Translations under genes and position numbers: made by a program | Part shown: positions 59,391 to 64,000 of the stretch, in pieces | Numbering within the stretch: position 1 is the stretch's first letter | Layout of the letters: each line of letters opens with the position of its first letter | Notes under the pieces: model-generated | What the model saw: the letters and a program-made list of their open reading frames with translations, nothing else | Databases searched by the model: none | Told to the model about the DNA's origin: nothing | Assembly: GCA_963778655.1 (NCBI GenBank) | Contig: CAVZVA010000010.1 | Coordinates: 64,001-128,000 of the forward strand | Direction: 5' to 3' | DNA: 64,000 bases | Source of the DNA: an uncultured delta proteobacterium | GTDB lineage: Bacteria; Myxococcota_A; Polyangia; Polyangiales; JAFGIB01

Positions 59391-59921
59391 CGTGATCTTC
59401 CTACCATGGTAGGAATCGACGGGCAAGCTGCTCGCGGAGATGCTCGCCCCCGCGCTGAAAGCGCTCGCGTGGTTCCGCGGCAATCCGATTCCGGATCGCG
59501 GATACGAAGCCGACGTCGAAGCACCGGCAATCACCCGAATACGTCTGCGCCAGCACGTGAACGCGACGCCGCGCTTCTGCTCGAGCGTGTCCACCGAGAC
59601 CATCCGTCCATGCTGCCATCGCCGGCCACCGTGAAGTTGTCCATGGTGACGCACTGGCGGGCCAGGCGGTGGTGGGCCGGCGTGAGGCGGCAGCATTGAG
59701 CTCGCCGCCCGGCCGCACGGATGTGCAACGTTCCATCTGAATTGACGAGTTATGCCCTGTACTTCGACTGGGCCGGTGAGCGCCTCGACGACGCCGAGCG
59801 TGAGCGTCTGGCGCAGGTCGCGCTGGCGGCGCTCGAGAGTTGCGCGCCGCTGTAGCGCCGGTTCATGCGCCCGACCCAGCCCACGCCGGACGTCGAGGCG
59901 GACGCTCCGAGCTCCTTGGGC

Positions 59922-60068
59922 ATACGAGCAACCCCTGGCAGTCGCGCGGCAGCCGGCAACCACCGCGCCGTTGCGCCGAAGGGCGGGAACGCCGTAGCTG
60001 ATGCACTCCGTCGCATCGGGGACGATGGCATGAATCTGCGCGCGGAGATCCTCGAGCGCTCTTCGTCG
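59922..60068 (-). pseudogene. DUF1801/YdhG fragment
   Basis: RRALEDLRAQIHAIVPDATECISYGVPALRRNGAVVAGCRATARGCSY, paralogous to 38177-38662. Confidence 0.75.
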
Positions 60069-60411
60069 GTCCGACGGAACACCAACGCGGCGCGGGTGCC
60101 AGGTCGCGCGCCCACCGGCGGCGAAGACTCTGCACGAGCCCGGCTGAAGACCAGCGACAGCGGCGGCCCATCCTTCATCATCGAGGGGCCCTCGTCCGAC
60201 TCATAGCTGTGCACAGCGCTGGCGCTCCGAATCCGAGGGAGGGCTCGCTTGCCGGCGAAATGCCGCGCCGGCGGGAACCCGGTCCTGCGAGGACTCGTCG
60301 CGTGCGGGAGCGTCCGCTGAGCTGCCAGAACCGCCGCCGCCTGGCGCGCCATTGGGTGGATTCCGCCACCATGGCGCGTGCAGGAGCGGAGCCAACTCGG
60401 GAGGCCACGCG

Positions 60412-61410
60412 ATGACCCGGCAAGCAAGCACTCTTCTCGTCCGCCGCGCGGTCGTGCGCGCGTGCGCAGCCACGACGATCCTCGTGGCGCTTTTCGGATG
60501 TTCGTCGACCCGCTCCGGTGGCAGCAACGGCAGCGGTTCCAGCTTCGGCAACGCGCCGGTAAGCGCGAACGCGGGCCAGGGCTCCGGGTCGGGCGCAGGC
60601 AACGGGCTCACCGGGTCGGGCGGGGGCGGTGCTTCGTGCTCGACTCTTGGGGCGGTGCGAAGCTGCTGCGGGTCCGGCACGCAAACCTGCTCGGGTCAGG
60701 TCGAATTCGCGAGTTGGGGGCCGTGCCTCAGTCGCGTGGGCGTGGTGCTGAGCTGTGCCGACACCTGCGCGCAGAGTGAATTCGGCTGCGCCAACACCCC
60801 GCGGCCCGACGGCGGAAGCGGCTGCGCGCCTGGCGAGTTCGGCCCTGGCTGCGACGGCGGCGGCCCGCCTCCGCCTTCGTTGTGCAGCGACAAGAGCATC
60901 AACACCGAGCCCGAAATCCTCGCCGCGTACTCCCCCGCCAGCGGCCAGTCCGTTGGACAGCAGGGCGAGATCAAGGCTTGGATCACGGACGAAGCTCCTG
61001 CGATCATCGGCGCCGGCGAGCAAGTCGATCCGAGCAACGGTCTGATCACGGCACCAGGCGATCGCGCTTCGACGGCACCCGACGGCTACCTGTGGGAGCC
61101 GGCGCTGTACATCGCTCCGGCGACCGCGGAGCGTGGCGGGCAGCCCCACTTCCCGACGTTCATCCGCGGCTGGTACAACAACATAATGCCTGCCGCGGGA
61201 ATGAAGCCCATGAAGGGCACGGGGATCGAAGGCCCCGCAATCGAGTCGCCGCCGGCCGGTACCGTGCTCTCCGACAAGTTCAACAGCGAGGACATCTGGG
61301 AGGTCGGCGACCTCGGCCTCGCTCCCGGCGTCTACCAAGGCGAGTTCGTGATCCACGACGGCGACCTCGACCGCGCGATCGGCTGCGTGACGATCGTGAT
61401 CGCGCCCTGA
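60412..61410 (+). CDS. Cys-rich lipoprotein
   Basis: GGAGG RBS; LFGC lipobox; GTQTC...WGPC module; globular C-terminal domain. Confidence 0.75.
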   Translation: MTRQASTLLVRRAVVRACAATTILVALFGCSSTRSGGSNGSGSSFGNAPVSANAGQGSGSGAGNGLTGSGGGGASCSTLGAVRSCCGSGTQTCSGQVEFASWGPCLSRVGVVLSCADTCAQSEFGCANTPRPDGGSGCAPGEFGPGCDGGGPPPPSLCSDKSINTEPEILAAYSPASGQSVGQQGEIKAWITDEAPAIIGAGEQVDPSNGLITAPGDRASTAPDGYLWEPALYIAPATAERGGQPHFPTFIRGWYNNIMPAAGMKPMKGTGIEGPAIESPPAGTVLSDKFNSEDIWEVGDLGLAPGVYQGEFVIHDGDLDRAIGCVTIVIAP

Positions 61411-61554
61411 GCCTGGCGCGAGGCCGGCCGCGCGCGGTGCATTCGAGCCTCGACAAGCGGCCGGCGGGCACGCAGTGCATCATCTCGCCAATATGAAGTG
61501 ATCCGACTTGCGTGCGAGCATGATCAATGACCGCGCTGGTGGCCAATTCGAGGT

Positions 61555-61983
61555 ATGCGGCTTCTACAATACCTGAATGCCCTGATGGTGCTGTCTGCGA
61601 CAGCGTGCGGGATGGACGGCGGTTCGCCCAACCCGAGCTCGGACTCCGGCGCGCCCGTCTCGATCGGCACGACGACCACGCAGCTCGGCACGGTCCTCGT
61701 GGGCACGGACGGGATGTCCCTCTATACGAGAGCCGGCGACAGCGCAACGTTGTCCACGTGCACCGGCTCGTGCGCAATGGCGTGGCCGCCGCTGACTCTT
61801 CCGAAAGGCCAGCAGGCCGTCGGCGCGCCTGGTGTGAACGGGACGTTCGGCGCCCTCGCGCGGCCCGAGGGCACGATCCAAGCCACGTACGATGACCACC
61901 CGCTCTACTACTCGCAGGGTGACACGAGCGCGGGCGACGTGACCGGCAACGGGGTCGACGGCTTCTCCGTCGCCACCCCGTAG
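61555..61983 (+). CDS. Lipoprotein with Lipoprotein_15 (COG4315) repeats
   Basis: LGTVLVGTDGMSLYT, CTGSCAMAWPPL, QATYDDHPLYY..GD..AGD..GNG. Confidence 0.88.
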   Translation: MRLLQYLNALMVLSATACGMDGGSPNPSSDSGAPVSIGTTTTQLGTVLVGTDGMSLYTRAGDSATLSTCTGSCAMAWPPLTLPKGQQAVGAPGVNGTFGALARPEGTIQATYDDHPLYYSQGDTSAGDVTGNGVDGFSVATP

Positions 61984-62175
61984 GATTGCAAGCTACGGAA
62001 GCGCGATGCCGTCACGCGCAGCGCTCGCAGGCGAGGCCGCGCCATCGAGCATCCGGAGCCGCTTCCTGCAGCGCAACGCAGCCGAGCGCGGTCGTCGACG
62101 CCTTCTACCGGCATGGCTTCTCGATGCTGTAGATTTCGTGATCAAGCAACCCCGAGGTGGCCATATATTAGGGGC

Positions 62176-62946
62176 ATGGCGAGGAGAAGGAGCTCGAAGC
62201 TGGCTCTCTTGGGGTGCGGCCTGGTCCTCGCGGTCGCCGGCCGCGCGAGCGCGCAGACGGGCGAGCTCCCCGTCATCGTGCGCTACGCGGCGCCGACGGA
62301 GTGTGCGACGGCCGACGCATTTCAGCAGCTGGTTGCGACCCAGCTGGCTCGCGAACGCAATCCCGGCCGACCGTGGCGCTTCTCGGTGACCATTCGACGC
62401 GAGCGCGATTACATCGGGACGCTCGAGACCGAAGGTGGAACACGCGAGCTTCGTGCCTCGACCTGCGCTGAGGTCACCGCAGCCCTTGCCACGATCATCG
62501 CGGTGACACAGCTGCGGCTTGCCGCCGCACCACCACCGCCACCACCCCCTGCGCCCCGAGCGCACGTCGCAGCCTCTGTGGCGCCCTCGGTCGTAGCCGT
62601 CCCTTCCGCTCCTCCGACTCCGACTCCGACGCAGCGCGACGAGACCCGGATGGCGAGCCCAACGCTTCTTGGCGTGGGCATCGGGACGGCGACCGTCGGT
62701 GTTGCCGCCATCCTCTTCGGAGTGCGTCATATCGCCACGGCGGACGCCGCGACCTCAGCTTGTCCGGCCACCGCCAGCTGCCAGCCCCGGGGCGCCGACG
62801 ACACCGGGATTGCAATCATCGGCGCCGGCGCGGGCCTCGCGGTGGGCGGTCTGGTCATGTCGGTGCTGGGGCTCCAGCGCAAGCGCGTCTCCATCGAGAG
62901 GGGGCCCATCGGCTCGACGGGCGCCACCGTCACGGTGACGTTCTGA
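62176..62946 (+). CDS. Secreted/membrane protein of the ECF sigma module
   Basis: Signal ending ASA; Y.AP.EC, RELRASTCAEV..ALA; C-terminal hydrophobic hairpin. Confidence 0.7.
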   Translation: MARRRSSKLALLGCGLVLAVAGRASAQTGELPVIVRYAAPTECATADAFQQLVATQLARERNPGRPWRFSVTIRRERDYIGTLETEGGTRELRASTCAEVTAALATIIAVTQLRLAAAPPPPPPPAPRAHVAASVAPSVVAVPSAPPTPTPTQRDETRMASPTLLGVGIGTATVGVAAILFGVRHIATADAATSACPATASCQPRGADDTGIAIIGAGAGLAVGGLVMSVLGLQRKRVSIERGPIGSTGATVTVTF

Positions 62947-62951
62947 GCGCG

Positions 62952-63494
62952 GTGGCCGCGATCGCGCCCGAGATGCCACTCGCTGCGGCCGAGACCGGAC
63001 GGCTGCGCGCGTGCATCGAAGCGCACACCCCCGCCGTGTGGCGCGTGGTTCGTCGCAACGGCGTCCCCGCGTCCGAGGCGGACGACGCCGTGCAGCGCGT
63101 CTTCGTGATTCTGTCGAGACGTCTGTCGTCGGTCGACCAGGGTAGGGAGCTTCCGTTCTTGCTCCGGACCGCCACGCTCATTGCGTCCGAAACGCGACGG
63201 TCCATCCGACGGCGACACGAGAGCCCCGGCGCCGTCCCCGAGCTACTGGTCGATGCCGCACCGCCGGACGAGGCGTACGCCCGGCGCGAAGCCGTCGATC
63301 AGCTCGATCGATTGCTGGACGCCATGGACGAGTCGCTCCGCGCGGTGTTCGTGCTCTACGAGATCGAGGAGCAAACCATGGCGCAGATCGCCGAGACGCT
63401 CGAGCTCGCCCCCGGCACCGTCGCATCGCGTTTGCGGCGGGCACGCGCCCGCTTCGAAGAGCTTTGCGCCGCGCTACGGCAGGGAGGCTCATGA
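62952..63494 (+). CDS. ECF RNA polymerase sigma factor
   Basis: VWRVVRRNGV..SEADDAVQRVF, RAVFVLYEIEE..MAQIAETLELAPGTVASRLRRAR. Confidence 0.92.
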   Translation: MAAIAPEMPLAAAETGRLRACIEAHTPAVWRVVRRNGVPASEADDAVQRVFVILSRRLSSVDQGRELPFLLRTATLIASETRRSIRRRHESPGAVPELLVDAAPPDEAYARREAVDQLDRLLDAMDESLRAVFVLYEIEEQTMAQIAETLELAPGTVASRLRRARARFEELCAALRQGGS

Positions 63495-64000
63495 AGGACC
63501 CCAAACGCCTGCTCACCAGCGGATCACCCACTGCGCGGTCGCTGCTTCGCGGAGCGCAGCGTGACGCCCCACCCGCATCGCTCGTTCCAGCGTTGATGGT
63601 GTCGCTCGGGGTCGTGACGGCAGGGACATCGGTCAGTGCCAAGCTCGCCATGGCGATCCGGCACGCGGCGTTCTCGAAGATCAGCGTCGCGGTCGTGGCG
63701 GTGGTAGCGGCGAGCGGATCCGCATACGTCATCAGCCGGATGCACGACCGCGCCCCGCACGCCGACGTCGGGCAACGACCGATCGCGACTCTCGGGAACG
63801 CCGACGCGGTGCCGGTGCTCGCTGTGCAGCGACCGCGCGCGGTCGCACGAGCCGCCGAGGCCGTCCCGTCCGCTCCGTCGTCGGCCGCGACGGCTCGGCC
63901 GACGCCACGGGTCGAGCAACTACGGCGAGCCGCCGGCGCTCCACACCCCGCGGTCGCAGCAAGTGCGACGCCATCGATCGTTGGCGAGCTCAGCGAGATC
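63491..64000 (+). CDS. Putative anti-sigma factor; runs off the right edge
   Basis: ATGA overlap; MKDPKRLL...RSLLRGAQRDAPP, TM segment, Pro/Ala linker. Confidence 0.7.
   Translation, partial: MKDPKRLLTSGSPTARSLLRGAQRDAPPASLVPALMVSLGVVTAGTSVSAKLAMAIRHAAFSKISVAVVAVVAASGSAYVISRMHDRAPHADVGQRPIATLGNADAVPVLAVQRPRAVARAAEAVPSAPSSAATARPTPRVEQLRRAAGAPHPAVAASATPSIVGELSEI

Noticed and set aside
62176..64000. ECF sigma/anti-sigma module as a novel system
   Set aside because: This three-gene arrangement is common in myxobacteria and is truncated by the window edge

Overview
GC-rich window, most likely from a myxobacterium (Polyangiales-like; inferred from MYXO-CTERM, AgmX/PglI-like and Cys-rich lipoprotein families, a sigma-54 activator and an ECF sigma/anti-sigma module). 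Left to right it holds: (1) secreted-enzyme genes (a heme-c/copper monooxygenase fusion lipoprotein, GST, PL9-type lyase, VWA lipoprotein) and a sigma-54 activator; (2) an 11-kb acyl-CoA cluster around a TetR gene (SCP-x-type thiolase, CoA ligase, two ACADs, saccharopine-dehydrogenase-like reductase, B12 radical SAM, OleB/haloalkane dehalogenase-like hydrolase); (3) a stress-type island (two lmo0937-like peptides, CsbD, YihY, two Hsp20, CBS protein, atypical pyruvate kinase, ice-binding remnant) that includes an apparent polyprotein with an internal MYXO-CTERM-like anchor followed by a second signal peptide and a beta-barrel; (4) lipoproteins, a BlaI/M56 pair with two matching operators, SelO, hydrolases and a CoA ligase; (5) a decayed mobile zone (rve, IS66 and IS256 remnants, a broken tyrosine integrase beside a tRNA-Gly 3' half, toxin-antitoxin-like pairs); (6) lipoproteins and an ECF module running off the right end. 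No intact RNA gene or CRISPR array was seen. All calls come from reading motifs by eye and no searches were run; start codons are best estimates.
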